A stretch of 64,000 nt of DNA from the human T2T-CHM13v2.0 reference genome, Homo sapiens. Made by a program: the position numbers and the translations under genes. How positions within the stretch are numbered: position 1 is the stretch's first letter; each line of letters begins with the position of its first letter. Of this stretch, positions 26,900 to 43,574 are shown piece by piece. The notes below the pieces were generated by a model that made no database searches, was not told where the DNA came from, and saw only the letters and a list, made by a program, of their open reading frames with translations. The stretch is taken from the NCBI RefSeq assembly GCF_009914755.1, contig NC_060945.1. The stretch is one strand, 5' to 3'.

Positions 26900-27900
26900 C
26901 AAGAAAGTAAGGAAAACATGAGTATTTATTTAAAGTGAGTAGTTGGAGGCTAAAAGGGAAGTTGCACCAAGTTTGGGTCTAACATGTTGTGGTAGTAACT
27001 GTGTTCTTCATATTATAGGTAAAGAAGTCATTGACTACTTTTAAATAGGGAGATTAGGTGGTCAGTGTAGAGTTGCTGGGTGAGCAGAATGCATAAATGT
27101 GCCTGATTAACTAAAGATGGCAAGGATTATGGATATTCAAATAGCCTTTCCCACCTCTGTTGATGAATTGGTAGTAACCTACATCCTGTTGGTAAGTAGT
27201 CAGTCTAGCTAGGAATGGGCTATCCAATAAATATTGTGAGAGGAAAATGGAAAGTAGTTAGATATTACATTTGAAGAAAAATTAATAATTTGAAATGCCT
27301 CTAGGGAGCTTGTAAAATTGGTAGGATGACAGTAACATTAAACAGAAGGAAAAGAAGGCAAATGGGAAATAAAGTTTTGAGAGTACGTTTCTAAACTTAG
27401 TGAATTAAATTGAGGGTTATTAAAGAGGAAATTTGAGCCAGCTGATTACAAACACATAATCAAAGCTTCTGAGCAGTCACAAAATGAGATAAAGGTTTCA
27501 GTGTTTTCACGAAAAACTGATATACTAATTCCTGTGAGTAAATGAGATCTTCAAGAAAGAGAATGTAAAAATTGAAGAACTTAGGACATGTTGTTCAATC
27601 TTAGGGAATAGACATTTGAAAGAAAAGGAAGGAACATGAGGAATGAAGGGAACAAATGAGAAACATGTGCCTGCTATCAACTTAGAGTTGGTGAAGCAAA
27701 TTGGTAAACATTGGCGAATTTTATGGGGTTATTGATGACCCAAACTCTAAGCTTCTTTGTAAATTGGGAATTTTTCAAAATAAAATGTTCTGGGAGATGG
27801 TAAAACAAATGTGGAGAAAGCAAGTCCAGAGTGCAGAGCTCAAGCTAAAAAAAAAGCATTTGATTTTGTGTTTGAGAAGATAACACTTGATATTTAAGAT
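26900..27900 (-). mobile_element. Ancient L2 fragment(s)
   Basis: purine-rich degenerate segments typical of antisense L2 (gtcattgactactttt, aatgagatcttcaagaaagagaatgta). Confidence 0.5.
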
Positions 27901-28202
27901 TTTCATGCCTTTAAAGTGAAGTTGCAGGCATTGCATTGAAAAAGGTTTATGCAGCTATAGCATTGACGTATAGAGTTAGAAGTTAAATTGAAAAATAAAG
28001 TTAGAAGTGAAAATAATTTATGCCATCCGTCATAATATTAACTTGGTTTTAATATTTTTTTCCTCTGGTTTTTCAAAAAGTTGTGGAAATTGACGAAGTA
28101 TAATTATTCTAAGATGGAATAATTAAAATGGCATTTTAATAAGCAAATGTTTAAATATCTGCGGAAAAAAGGGAAATGGAAAAAAGATTCAGTAAATGTT
28201 AG

Positions 28203-28587
<385 letters not shown>

Positions 28588-29164
28588 TATTTGTAATATT
28601 TTTGAGGGTAGCGAATATGACATGTTTAAATGGAAATGGAATTATCAGAATCCACATAACCCATGTTGGCTTCTTTCTCAGTAATATATTGTAAGGAAAG
28701 AGTGACCATGTACATACTGGTTGCCTCTAAAATGTTTCTCTTACATCAAAAATTAGCTAAGATCTCAAGGACAAATCTAAGATCTTCATTTAAGAAATAC
28801 TTATAGAAAACTTACAAAATTTCTAAAGTTAAAATCAAACTATTATAACATAGAGGAATGGAAGGAAAAATGTTCAGTGGCATTGTATGACAATGTAAAA
28901 TATCATTAAAAAGTTTTATAGAGGACCAGATAAATAAATTAGACTTTTTGCTGGTAGGGATATTACCATCTACAAAGGGAAATGGATCTGAAAACGTTTC
29001 ATTGAAACTTTCAAACATGGAAATTCTGCTTGTATTACTAAAAGAATACAAATTGTTGAGTGCCCATTATTAGTGTAACTTGCCTAAAATTTACTGCTGC
29101 CCTATTTATTTTAGTATTCTGACTTCTATTTAATTTTAATAAATATATATTTACAATTTTTTAA

Positions 29165-29610
29165 AGATTTATTTATAACTTTCTCTCGTGGTAAAATATA
29201 CATAATATACAATTTATCCTTTAGGCATTTTGAAGTGTGTAGTTCAGTGGCAGTGAGTATATTCACAATGTTGTGTGACCATCCCACCGTCCATCTCCAG
29301 AACTGTTTCAACTTCTCAAACTGAAACTTCATACCCATTAAGCAATAACTTTCAATTCCCTCCTACCTCCAGTCCCTATCTCCAGTGTACTTTATGTCTC
29401 TCTGAATTTGGCTGCTCTGTGTACTTGATGTAAGTGGAATAATGCAATATTTGTTTTTTGTGATTGGATTATTTCACTTAGCCTAATGACTTGAGGGTTC
29501 ATTCATATGCAGCATATGTCAAAATTTATTTTCTTTTTAAGGCTGAATTATATTCCATTGTATGCATATATCACATTTTATTTGTCCATTTATCTATTGA
29601 TGGACACACT
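29165..29610 (-). mobile_element. L1MB 3' end
   Basis: gtggtaaaatatacataa...agttcagtggc...ccatctccagaac...ttatttcacttagc...ttgatggacac. Confidence 0.88.
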
Positions 29611-30199
29611 TATAAATGCTATTCACCAAGACTTCCTTTTAAAATTCCATAAAATTTTTAGTTCTACCACTGAAAACACTAATTGTTAAGATTTTCTGGT
29701 AATTAAGTTTTATAGTTTATAGTATACTATTATTAATCTGTGTCTAAAAAAGAGTTGCAAATGTAAAATACAGATCACAATATTTAATCAAGTATTTTTT
29801 TCAGCATGTTACTTGGAGATGGCCATTTATAAAGGCATATATGACTCTAAAGTTTAAACTTCACTGAAAATACATTGCATCCTGTGTTATATCTAATGTA
29901 TTATGCCTCACTCATAACACATTCAGTGCATCCTGCAAAATTTCAGTGAGCAATTAACCTAGCATTTCTCTAAGACCCTGCACATGCTATGACATGTACA
30001 ACAGAGGAGCTGTGTCTCTGATTTTCACTGTACCTTTAACATACCTCAGACCGAGTAATTAAGTAATTAATATCTGGAGGTATGAAGCCCACTCCATACA
30101 ACCACATTGTCCAGTCCAGTTTTAGAAACAGTCAATCAACAATTCCCCTAGCCTGTCAAGTGCAGGCATTTTAGGTCACATAACATGACAAGAAATTCT

Positions 30200-30400
30200 A
30201 ATATATGCTCGTTTCCAGTCCTAGTAACCAGAATATATGTTAGGCAGGTTTATCTTCCATATGTTACAGAAGACGAACCTGAGACTCTGATTGAGGATTT
30301 AAAGTGACTAGCAGAGGGTCAAAAACTTTTCTTCAGAGTCAGGAGAAAAATTGGGACCTTCTGATTTCCTCCCTTAGCTCTTTCTACAACACAGTGCTCT
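30200..30400 (-). mobile_element. MIR
   Basis: ccatatgttacagaagacgaacctgagactctga...aaagtgactag. Confidence 0.6.
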
Positions 30401-30656
30401 TGGTAGTTCCTAATATTATATTGTTTTTATTACAAGTTTGTTTGCTTAACATTCATTTGATATAATTACACATCCATAATTATGTAATAAAATTGTCACT
30501 GTGAAAATCACATTTAATATCCCTTTAGAAAAATTTCCAAGTATGCTATATTTCTGTCCGTCATATAGTACATAAAGAATTGTAATTTAATATCAATTTA
30601 GTCTTAGAAAATTATGATGTATAATATAATTTAAACGATTTTGATGAATATAAAAT

Positions 30657-30823
30657 AAATTTTACATTTATTTTACATTAATTACATTTATTTTACATTA
30701 ATTTACATTTATTTATTAGCATTTATTACATTTATTACATTTATTGATTAACATTTAATTTATTTTACATTTACTTATTAATTTACATTTATTTTACATT
30801 AATTACATTTATTTTACATAAAT
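30657..30823. repeat. AT-rich minisatellite (tttacattta / ttttacatta units)
   Basis: ~10 and ~20-bp degenerate periodicity. Confidence 0.88.
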
Positions 30824-31239
30824 TTGATTTGATAAAATGAATGTGTATGACACATGTTAAGTGTAAAGTCACCATGAAGGTTTACTTTCAAATTCAGGAT
30901 CAGGTGGAAAGGGATCTCCTCTGACCTAATCTTAGACCCCACGTCAATGTGCTGGACTCTTCTAGATGGACCAGGAACTGGATTTCATTATGGGAGTCGG
31001 GTTTGGCAGGTGGAGAAGGTGAGAAGCACTGTTTTGCTTCCGCAGAATCTAGAGCCATCCCTACAATTAGATGGGTCAAGCTAACACTCGTTCTTTCTTG
31101 CTTCCTCTATCTTTTCTTCTTGTCTGGTCTGATTTTAATAAAATCAAATTAGATTTTTGTGACAGAATCAATGCAGGGAAACTATGAAGGTCATGTCTCT
31201 GTTGATGGTGGTGATGGTTTTATGTGTGTGAAACTCTTC

Positions 31240-31725
31240 ATCATTCTATAAAGACATGCACATGTATGTTTATTACGGCACTATTCACAATAGCAAAGAC
31301 TTGGAACTAACCCAAATGCCCATCAGTGATAAAGAGGATAAAGAAAATGTGGCACATGTACACCATGAAATACTATGCAGCCATAAAAAAGGATGAGTTC
31401 ATGTCCTTTGCAGGGACATAGATGAAGCTGGAAACCATCATTCTCAGCAAACTAACACAGGGACAGAAAACCAAATACTGCATGTTCTCACTCATAAGTG
31501 GGAGTTGAACAATGAGAATACATGGACACAGGGAGGGGAGCATCACACACCGGGGCTTGTTGATGGGTGTGGAGCTATGTAAGGGATAACATCAGGAGAA
31601 ATACCTGATGTAGATGACGGGTTGATGGATGCAGCAAACCACCATGGTATGTGTATACCTCTGTAAAAAACCTGCACATTCTGAACATGTATCCCAGAAC
31701 TTAAAGTATAATTTTTTTAAAAAAG
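31240..31725 (+). mobile_element. L1PA (about PA7-8) 3' end
   Basis: ORF2 end and 3'UTR: gcactattcacaatagcaaagacttggaac...tatcccagaacttaaagtataat. Confidence 0.93.
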
Positions 31726-31734
31726 GAAAAACAA

Positions 31735-32150
31735 AGAAATACAGTTCATTTTCTTATATTGATATTGTCCTGCAACAAAGCTGATTTGATTTATTAATGC
31801 TGTGCATGATAAAGATACTCTTCTTTTTTTAGTATGTATGTTTTTAAATTTTTCTTGGCTTTAGTGCAACATTGAATAGAAATGGCGAGGACAGATGTAT
31901 TTGCCGTGTTCTTCATCCTAGGAGGAAAGTGTTCAATATTTCACCATTAATTATGTTGTTACCTGTAGAGTTTTCACAGATACCTTTTATTAAAATGAGG
32001 AAATTTCCTTTTATTCCTGGTTTGCAAAGAATTTGTGGGTTTTGTTGTTGTTTTATCATGTTTTGTTTTATTTTTATCATAAATGGGTATTGAATTTTAT
32101 CAAGTACATTTATTTCCTGGGTATGTCGAAATAAACATATAGTTTTTCTC
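31735..32150 (-). mobile_element. Old L1M ORF2 fragment
   Basis: ttgaatagaaatggcgag...atttcaccatta...gaggaaatttccttttattcctggtttgc. Confidence 0.8.
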
Positions 32151-32155
32151 CTTTA

Positions 32156-32540
<385 letters not shown>

Positions 32541-33379
32541 TCAATAAAAGTATAATTTATATTATAAGGGAAATGAGCTGAAAACTTTCTTCTCTAGTAC
32601 TTTTATGGGATTTGTTTAAGCTGACTGTGCATTTAATACAGCACATAATGAAACTTGGTCCCTTATAATTTACTAAAAAATAAACTTAAACAAAAAGCAT
32701 GTTCTTCAGTTTCTGTTGTGATCTCTTTGAATGCTTTGCTAGGTAATTATTTTGGGCTTATACTTGCAAAAATTTGTTAGAAAATTAGAGCCATTTAATT
32801 TTTTTAACTATGTTCTTTTGTGCACATTTTGCTTTGTCTAGTTTTCCCTTTTAAAGATCTTTATAGTTCTGTCAGTTAGGTTTGAAACATGCCATTCCCT
32901 CTTCCGTCCTTTGTTTTTTCTCTAATCGTCATTTGTTTTAAAACTGGGTCAGTCTATTTGATCTCACTTTTCTTATTTCCTAACAGTTGTAGATTTCACA
33001 ATAAAGAATCTTCCTGATATTCACTAGTACATATAAGTCACGAAGTTTAGTTTGTAGCATACTCACAACTAACTGTATGAAGATATAAAACTGTACAGTG
33101 TTGTAATCGGCTTTTTAAAAAAAATGCTCAGTGAAAATAACATTTTTGGCTTCAGCTGGTCTTTTGTCTTGGAGCAAAATGGGAAGAATCCAATAAGCCA
33201 TTTATGTACATAGCTTCTTTCTCAGTTTTCTTCTTTCATTGAACCAGGAAGGGTAGTAGAATTGGAGGACTGTCCTTTGCAGAATGAGTACATTGACATA
33301 GAGTCTGAGGTGACTGCAACCTTGGCCCAATTGTTGAGGCTGATTTCTTTCCATTATCAGAGTTTGGTCATAAGAGAAA

Positions 33380-33500
33380 AAGAGGCAGTGGGTGGAGTGG
33401 AGAGGTCAGAAAAGTGAGGTTTTGAATCATTTTCTACCACACATATCATCTGTGATCTTGAGCAAGTTACTCAGCTTCTCTTGTTCTTAGATTTTTATTA
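33380..33500 (+). mobile_element. MIR fragment
   Basis: ctgtgatcttgagcaagttactcagcttctc. Confidence 0.65.
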
Positions 33501-34840
33501 AGGAAGCTTTTCCTGTTTCCAAGAAAACTTTATGGCAACATCGTTTAGATGAGGTGCCCGTCAGAGATTATTTATTCTGTAATTTGCAACTGACATGGTG
33601 ATTATTTAATGTAAATTATGTGTGGCTTTGGAATTAACATTTTACTTCATCCCAGTATCTTCACATTAAATGATTTAAGCCTAAAAGAGAAAACATTGTG
33701 CCTTCTATTATAACTTCATTTTAGTGATTATTGGTAGGATAGATCCTTGATAAACCTTGAAGGATAATTGAAGGATTATTGAGAAAGAAGCATCTACTGG
33801 TCATTGTACAGAAATAAAAACAATAGACCTCTGTTACTCCATCTGTTTCTTGATTTCAGATTAATGAGGCCCACAGTGTAACATTTCGTAAATGAGAATG
33901 CCCATATGTAACAAATTTTATGTGCTCTAAAAAACCAGGACCTTTGCTTTCATGTTAGCAATGCAAATTTTATAAGTAAAAACTAAAGAGAAGTACAAAA
34001 TAAATATTATGTTTCTCCTGGAAGAGTAAATAAAATAGTCTAAACAAATAGAGGCAGTAACTCAAAATTTTAAGATGAATTTGAAATGAACTTTCATTGG
34101 CTCCATTAGAAACAGTTTCAGATGTATTTTAACTGTTTTTAAAAATAGATTATTTATAGGTAAACATTTTATATCACATAAGTATATTCATTTATTGGCA
34201 CATTATTTTACACATTTACTCAATACTCTCTCAGGGAAAAAATTGATATGTAACTTTTACTGGCCAAGTCTCATCTAACATTTTTAAAATAAAGTATTGG
34301 TGAGGTGTACCAGTAAATTTTGGAGGTTACTTTATTTATAGAACCTTACAAGCAAATTTTGTTTTTTAGGTAATAGAAATAGTACCAAAATAATCTTAGT
34401 GATAGTAAAATTAAAATCAGTAAAATTCTAATGTATATTATACTGTGGATATAGCTTACTTATAAGTAAAAGATACTGTCTCACTTATAAGGGGAGTTTA
34501 TTTGATTTTGTTTTATGCTAACCTATAACAAAATAGAAGCATTAATATTATTACCTCTAGTTTATTCTCAGCCATTTTTATTAGGGAAAAATATAGTGCA
34601 TTCATGTATTAGAGTGCTCAGGTATATGTGTGCTTTAATCATGTAAAAATTATAATTGTTAAAAAGATAAATTAGTTCATTTTATTAATTATCTTGCCAT
34701 CCTGCTTTGTGCAGATGTAGCCAAAGGTGAAGAAGATTGTAATATTCACAAACACCTCTTTATTTATTGGTGATGTTCCTTTGGCTGTAGAATGAAACAA
34801 AGCTTTATATAATTCAGATGTGTAAAAAATGTCATGTCTT

Positions 34841-35596
34841 GCAAATCAAAACCACAATGCAATACCATTGCATGCCAGTCAAAATGGCAATTGTTAAAAA
34901 GTCAAGAAACAACAGATGCTGGCGAGACTGTGGAGAAATGGGAATGCTTTTACACTGTTGGTGGGAATATAAAGTAGTTCAACCATTGTGGAAGACAGTG
35001 TGGTGATTCCTCAGGGATCTAGACCAGCAATACCATTTGACCCAGCAATCCCATCACTGGGTATATACCCAAAGGAATATAAATCATTATATTATAAAGA
35101 TACATGCACATGTATGTTTATTGCAGCACTGTTTACAATAACAAACACATAGAACCAACCCAAATACCCATCAATGATAGATTAGATAAAGAAAATATGA
35201 TACATATATGCCATGGAATACTATGCAGCCATAAAACAGACGGAGATCATGTCTTTTGCAGGGATATGGATGAAGCTGGAAGCTATCATCCTTAGCAAAC
35301 TAACACAGAAACAGAAAACCAAACACTGCATGTTCTCACTCATAAGTGGGAGTTGAACAGTGAGACCATATGGAAACAGAGAGGGGAAGAACACACACCA
35401 GGGCCTGTTGGTGATGGGGGTAAGGGAAGGGAGAGCATCAGGACAAATAGCTAATACATGCAGGGCTTAAAACCTCGCTGAAGGGTTGACAGGTGCAGCA
35501 AAACACCATGGCACAGGTATATCTATGTAACAAACCTGCATGTTCTGGACATGTATCCCGGAACTTAAAGTAAAATAAAAAACAAACAAACAAAAC
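34841..35596 (+). mobile_element. Older L1PA (about PA10-15) 3' end
   Basis: ORF2 C-terminal remnant QIKTTMQYH...[17 protein letters not shown] and 3'UTR to aacttaaagtaaaataaa. Confidence 0.93.
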
Positions 35597-36377
35597 GTTT
35601 CTTTTGAATTCAGTTGCATATGAACTTCTTACTCTGAATTCCTGTTTCATCTTAGAGATGATTTTTGCTTTTATCTTTCTTAAGAGATAATTTCATTCAT
35701 TCAATAAACTTTTAATAAGACACCTCTATGAGTGAGAAGCTATGACAGAATTTGTAGAAATGTCAAAGATGAAAACACATTTCTGACCTCAGGAATTTAT
35801 ATCTAGGGGGAAAATAAGACTTCATGAAAATTGTGCTAAAAGGATTTCTTATAATAAAATATTTTAAAGGGGTAAACAATGTATTACAGTAATTGGTAAG
35901 GAAATGAATATCATGTTTTCTAAATTCTGTTTTAGTGAAAATTCTCTTGCCCCCTTTTTTTTTAGCCACTGCATTCTTTTCTTATTCAGGCCATCACTAT
36001 GACACTCTTGTGTTATTGTTATAACTTCTTCCACTTCCCCTTTGTTTCTGCCCCCTACCCAGATACTCTCTCCTTCACATTATCACTGGATTGTCTTCTA
36101 AAAGACTCATCTCCTTAAAAATATTGATAAATTCCCATCTCTATGACATTAAGACTATCTAGCCAGCTTACTCTAAGAGTCTGTTCACCATCTGGGCAAC
36201 ACTGTGCCTGTCACATTTTTCAAATACTCAGTGCTATAACTGTTACCTACATGAAACATCTGTTTTCTAACTTTATCCATTTTCTGTTCCTTGTCCTTAA
36301 AACATCCTTTGCTTGCTGCTCCTGCCTGGAACAATCATGCTTTTATTTAAAGATGCTACTAATGAACAAAATAATGC

Positions 36378-36640
36378 CTATAGTTAACAATAGTGTATTA
36401 TGAACTTAAAATTTTGTTAAGAGGGTAGATCTCAAGTGTTCTTATACATGCAAATGAGCTTCCCAAACAAAACAAAAACAAAAGGGCAAAGGAAACTTTT
36501 GGAGGTGATGGATATGTTGATTGCCGTAATAGTAATGATGGTTTTATGGGTGTATGTATTTGCTCAGTCCCATCAAATTGTATACATTAAACTTGTGCAG
36601 TATTTTTGTGTAATGATTACATCACATTAAAGCTATTATA
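36378..36640 (+). mobile_element. L1MA/L1MB 3' end fragment
   Basis: aagagggtagatctc...ggaaacttttggaggtgatggatatgtt...catcaaattgtatacattaaa. Confidence 0.8.
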
Positions 36641-36710
36641 AACAGATAAAATGTCCAAAAAACCCCTAAAGACATTAACATTTCGCCTTTACCCCAATTA
36701 AAGACTTCCT

Positions 36711-37008
<298 letters not shown>

Positions 37009-37161
37009 CTAAGTTGGAATTGATAAGATCATCAAAAAAAAAAAAAAAAAAAAAAAAACAACATTGATTCATACCCCTAACATTTATTACTCTCTAAATT
37101 ATTGTAGAATTATTCGGGTAAATTTCTGTTGTGACTATCCGTGAGCTCCTGGAGCTTAAAG

Positions 37162-37862
37162 TGTTACTAGAGGCAGATTCATACTGTCTTCAGCAAACCT
37201 CAGTTCTTGCCTCCTCAGAAGAAAATGTTCGACCAATGGGTATAAGGCAGAAAGGGAGATTGAGGCAAGTTTTAGAGCAGGAATGAAAGTTTATTAAAAC
37301 GCTTTAGAACAGGAATGAAATGAAGTAAATTACACTTAGAAGAGGGCCAAGCAGGCGACTTGAGAGATCAAGTGCACGGTTTGACCTTTTGACTTGGAGT
37401 TTTATATGATGGCTTACTTCCAGGATCTTGCGTTACTTCACCCTGGTTCTTCCATTGGGGTGGGCTGTCCACGTGCACAGTGGCCTGCTTGCGCTTGGGA
37501 GGGGAGCATGCACAGTGTGTTTACTAGAGTTGTACGCATGCTCACTTAGGCGTTCTTCCCTTACCGGCTGAATGCTCCTAGGAGGTCATTTACCAGTTAA
37601 ATTCTGCCATTTTGCTTCTTAATGCACATGCTGGAGCTCACTCACCCAACTCCTGAGATCTTGTCGGGAAGCTACTGAGTTTCAGGTGTTTTCTATCTAT
37701 TGGGAGAGTGCCTTTCCCTGATGCCGGCTGTCACCAAGTATTATTTTAGAGAGACAGTTAACAACCACCTGACCATCACCTGATGGTTGCCTGACATTCC
37801 TGGTGTGTGTTGAGGTGGAACCATCTGTCCTGCCTATTCCTGACTAGCTACCTACTGTAACA
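37162..37862 (-). mobile_element. MER50-family ERV1 solo LTR
   Basis: tgttac...gtaaca termini; minus strand begins tgttacagtaggtagctagtcagg; ~700 bp; near-TSD aaag/aaaa. Confidence 0.85.
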
Positions 37863-37895
37863 AAAAAGACAATGTATTACTTATTAAGAATTCTC

Positions 37896-38205
<310 letters not shown>

Positions 38206-38285
38206 TTATCTCATGCCTTTATACCTATCAGAGCTAAAAAACAAACAAACACTTTATTGATTGCAATAAGTATAGAAGTGCTCTA

Positions 38286-38640
<355 letters not shown>

Positions 38641-39189
38641 CTATCAGAGCTCAAAACAAAAAAAAAAAAAACAAAACAAAAACACCTTATTGATTGCAGT
38701 AAGTACAGAAGTGCTGTATGCATTGAATAATTGCTCAGTAATTTCTAATTAAAAAAAAAAGTTTTGGTCATCTTATGACCATTGCCATAGGTGGCATTTG
38801 CCTTAAGTGTCCTGTTTCGTAGACTAAATTCTCTACCACGATAATTAAATTTAGTTTTAAAAGTAGCTAGGTCAATAAAAATTAGGTTTCATTTAAATAA
38901 AGTCTTCTGTAAAAGTTACACTGATTATTACTACCACCTATGCTATTTTTACCACTGCTATTACATCATTATATCATTACTTCCAATACCTAAAATGTTT
39001 TATATTTGCTATGCATGTAGAGGGTACTTTGGAGGTAACCTGAGGCTTTGATGCCAACTGAAGGTTTTACTGGGCTGATTTATTATGTTCATCTTTATGT
39101 CATGTATTTTTATGTATTAGAACTGCAGTTTTCTCCTCTCCATCTTTTTGTTCTAGCTGTAGTGCCTGCCTTAGATTTTCACAAATTCA

Positions 39190-39622
39190 CCATCTCTCTT
39201 AGGTATTTGAACCTTCGTACTTCTGTTTCCTCTCCCTGAGGAGCTCTTCCACTCTGCGGGACACCTATGTAACTTTCAGAATTGAGGCCAAATATCCAAA
39301 CATCCTGTACTCTGGAAAGCTTCCTAGTTTCTCTTTTTAGAAATCTGAGTTAGAGGTCTACTGTTTGCTCCTTGAGCAGCCTTTGCTTCTATCAAAGCAT
39401 TTGTCTGAACAGAATATCTCTGTAAATTTGTCTCTCTTGCTGGCTTATGCATTTTTGAGGTAAGGAAGCTCTATTATAATCAGTAATAGTAGTAGTAACA
39501 ACAGCAAGAGTAGTAATAATGGCAGTACAGTAGTAGTAACATTTATATTCCCAGCTTCTTAACGTGGTACATGGAACCTGGTCTGTGCCTGATATTTGGA
39601 TAGATGACTGAATGAATGAATA
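39190..39622 (+). mobile_element. L2 3' region
   Basis: degenerate L2 3' sequence ending in tgaatgaatgaa. Confidence 0.65.
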
Positions 39623-39785
39623 AAGTTGTATCTTTGGTATTTAGTGGTACTTATTACTCCATTTTATTATTACTTTGCTGGTAATTATTATTTCCATGTA
39701 ACAGGGGAGAAAACTGAAGTTCAAATTGTTGGAACTAGTTTTTTATAGATATCCAAGCCGAACTTGGAATCTAGACCCAATCATC

Positions 39786-40935
<1,150 letters not shown>

Positions 40936-42166
40936 ATGATGTTTAAGTTTCTTCCAATTTGAGATTGCTGTAAACAATAATGTAATAAAACATTAGAAAT
41001 TCACTTTCATTTTTGCATGTCATATATATGGATTAAGAAAGTGTTGTATTTGGACACTTCCTCTTCATGCCATGGAGGTAGGGAATGTTATTTTTTCCCC
41101 TCAAGTCTTTTGTTTCCCAATTGTCTTGTAAGGCACTGATAATGTAATTAGCATTCAATAAATATTTGTTTATATGGATGAATATAGGAGTTAAAATTAT
41201 AGAGCTTTATACTTAGGGCTTATAGTAAAAATAGTACCTTTTTGTACTTGAAAGTCTTGCTCATGTTAAATAAATATATATACAATGCTTGAATATTGGG
41301 CTTCAATAGTCACTGTGCTGGTGTGATTTTACAGGAACTAGAGAAACCGATGCACCCTTCCTTCTATCGCCACTTCTGCTCCACAGTTATCATCTTCAGT
41401 CAATGGGTCAACTTCTTCCATTAACACAGGATTATGAAAACCTGAAATTGAATCTCTTTATTCAAAATATACTTGATTAAGTTAAAGCCTGTACAAAAAT
41501 CTTGCAAAGTTATTGTTGTTAATGTTGTTATTGTAATTAACCATTATTTGTGTCTAGTTGGGGTTTTTTTTTTTAATTATAAAGAATGGAGAGTTTCTTA
41601 ATTTAACTTCCTTCAAAAAGGGAGTTTCTTGAAAGGATGCATGCACTCAGGAACCTGGGTAAAGAGCTTAGTGCATGGCAACTTGCCAGAGTGGGCACTC
41701 TCTTCCCTCTACCCCTCCCTGCCCTTTCTGTCATGGAACTTTGCCCTCTGCACATCTGCTCCGATTATCTCTCCACTGGCTGGGTTCCTCAGCTTACACT
41801 GGCCTCTTATATTTCAGTTCCAGCCATGTTGCTGTCTCATGCTCGTTTTGCTTGACTTCTCACTTGTCCAGCTGGGCTCATGAGCCAAAGGCTGCTGTTC
41901 AATCTCTGGATGGGCTTCTTTCTCTTCAAATTTTCACCACCATTCTAGCTGTCGTGGTTGGAGACATGGGGCCCTAGGATGCAGAACACTATGCGCCCTT
42001 TCTGCTAGGGTGTGAGTGATTACAGCTTTTTAAAGGCATGTGAAGACATCTTTAAAGACTCTTCCAACAATGAGTAAAGATTAGTTTCCAGTTGTTTATT
42101 GCTATTTTCTTGAAAGTTAATATCACCTCACTGCTTTCAATCTGGGAGCAAATATTATTCAGCATA

Positions 42167-42270
42167 TTATCTGCCTACTATTTAAAAAATTTTGTTATTT
42201 CAAAAATGTTACATAAGTAGAGTCAAACAGCAAGTATGATTTTTAAGTGTGTATGATTTTTAAGTTTCTT
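42167..42270. repeat. Second copy of a 104-bp direct repeat (first copy 40850-40953)
   Basis: 100/104 identical by manual alignment, no indels. Confidence 0.95.
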
Positions 42271-43574
42271 ATTGTATATTAGAGAAAATCATAGGAGGAA
42301 ATAAATTTATTAAGCACTGCAGAAACTATGTAAGTCTTTCAGATTTAACTTAATGTGCTCAGATTTATTTAAAGGAAAGTATTAAGGGATTCTAATATTT
42401 CACTTGCAGTATAACCTTGTTATAGGAATACATTGAAGGCTTTCCCATGTGACTCAAGTGTAATATGGGACACATTCTTTACATGAGATAGAATGTTCTT
42501 TGTAATCAATCCACACATTTCCTGTAAAAGAGATAAAAAGTGAGGGAAATCAGGAAGGTGATGTGTCACCTAATGTCACTGATGCTGAGATAGCAATGGA
42601 TGCTTTGCATGACCATGAAATATAAAAGACAATCTTGAAACAGAAGACGACTTTGGTGACACAGAGGAAAAACCAAAGAAGGACAATTTAAATGAAGGGC
42701 ATTTTATCCTTGGATTCAACAGCTCGTTTTGCAGACATGAGAGTCTATTCATAACCCTTTACACATTTTACATTTACATTTGTATTTACATGAAAGGGAC
42801 TATATGATTGGCAGAATCACATGCATACAGAAGACATCTGTTCAAAATATATGCTATAGCATACATGGTCAGAGAAAGTTTATCTCTGACACCATTTTAT
42901 TTGTGTAAAATGAGGCCTAACATACATAGAGAGTTGACTTTAGGGTACTTCAGAGATTAGAACCATCAAGAGAAATGAAATATTTTTCAGTGTAGCAAAA
43001 TGTAACATCACCACAAACGGTAATTAGACTTTTTGAAGTATTTTTAAAAAAGAATGGTTTTGGGGTACTGAAATGTGCGTCCTAAATGAAATGGACAGTT
43101 AATTTAACTAGAACGTGTGTGGCAGGCCAAACTTGTATTTGTGTGAAAACTGCAAAGATTATGGTTTAAGAGATTTCAGTTTAAATGCAAGGGTGTGTGT
43201 GTGTGTGTGATTTTCTTCCTATTCTTAATCTTCACAATTTTATTCAGTGTACTTATTATGTCTTGCTAGGATTTTTTCAAATTGAATTTCATCTTTTTTT
43301 TTTTACAAATACAGAAATAACTCTATCCTTTTGATAGTGATATTGATCGTTTTGTAGACATATCTAACATTGTAACCTGTCTTCCCAGAAAGGTGACAAG
43401 AATGACATGAAAGTTTATGTTAAGATTATGTGTGTGTGTGTGCGTGTGTGTGTGTGTGTTGTGTGTTGTATATTTTCCCTTAAGTCCTTTCATGGTAATC
43501 ACTAGCATTAGAAAAGAAATGTCAGTTTGTAAAAACAGTCAAAGATAATCTCCACATTCTGCCTAGGATTTATG

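Noticed and set aside
30657-30823. CRISPR-like array
   Set aside because: Units abut without unique spacers; eukaryotic low-complexity minisatellite.
33283-33309. 27-nt exon candidate (NEYIDIESE) between tttgcag and gtgact
   Set aside because: Very short pyrimidine tract with upstream AGs and a mediocre donor; expected by chance in 64 kb.
34818-35295. ORFs with real protein similarity (L1 ORF2 C-terminus)
   Set aside because: Disrupted remnant of a 5'-truncated old L1PA, not a functional CDS.
37034-37058. Isolated poly(A) tract as a tail-only retro-insertion
   Set aside because: Only a 6-bp attgat match in the flanks; no convincing TSD.
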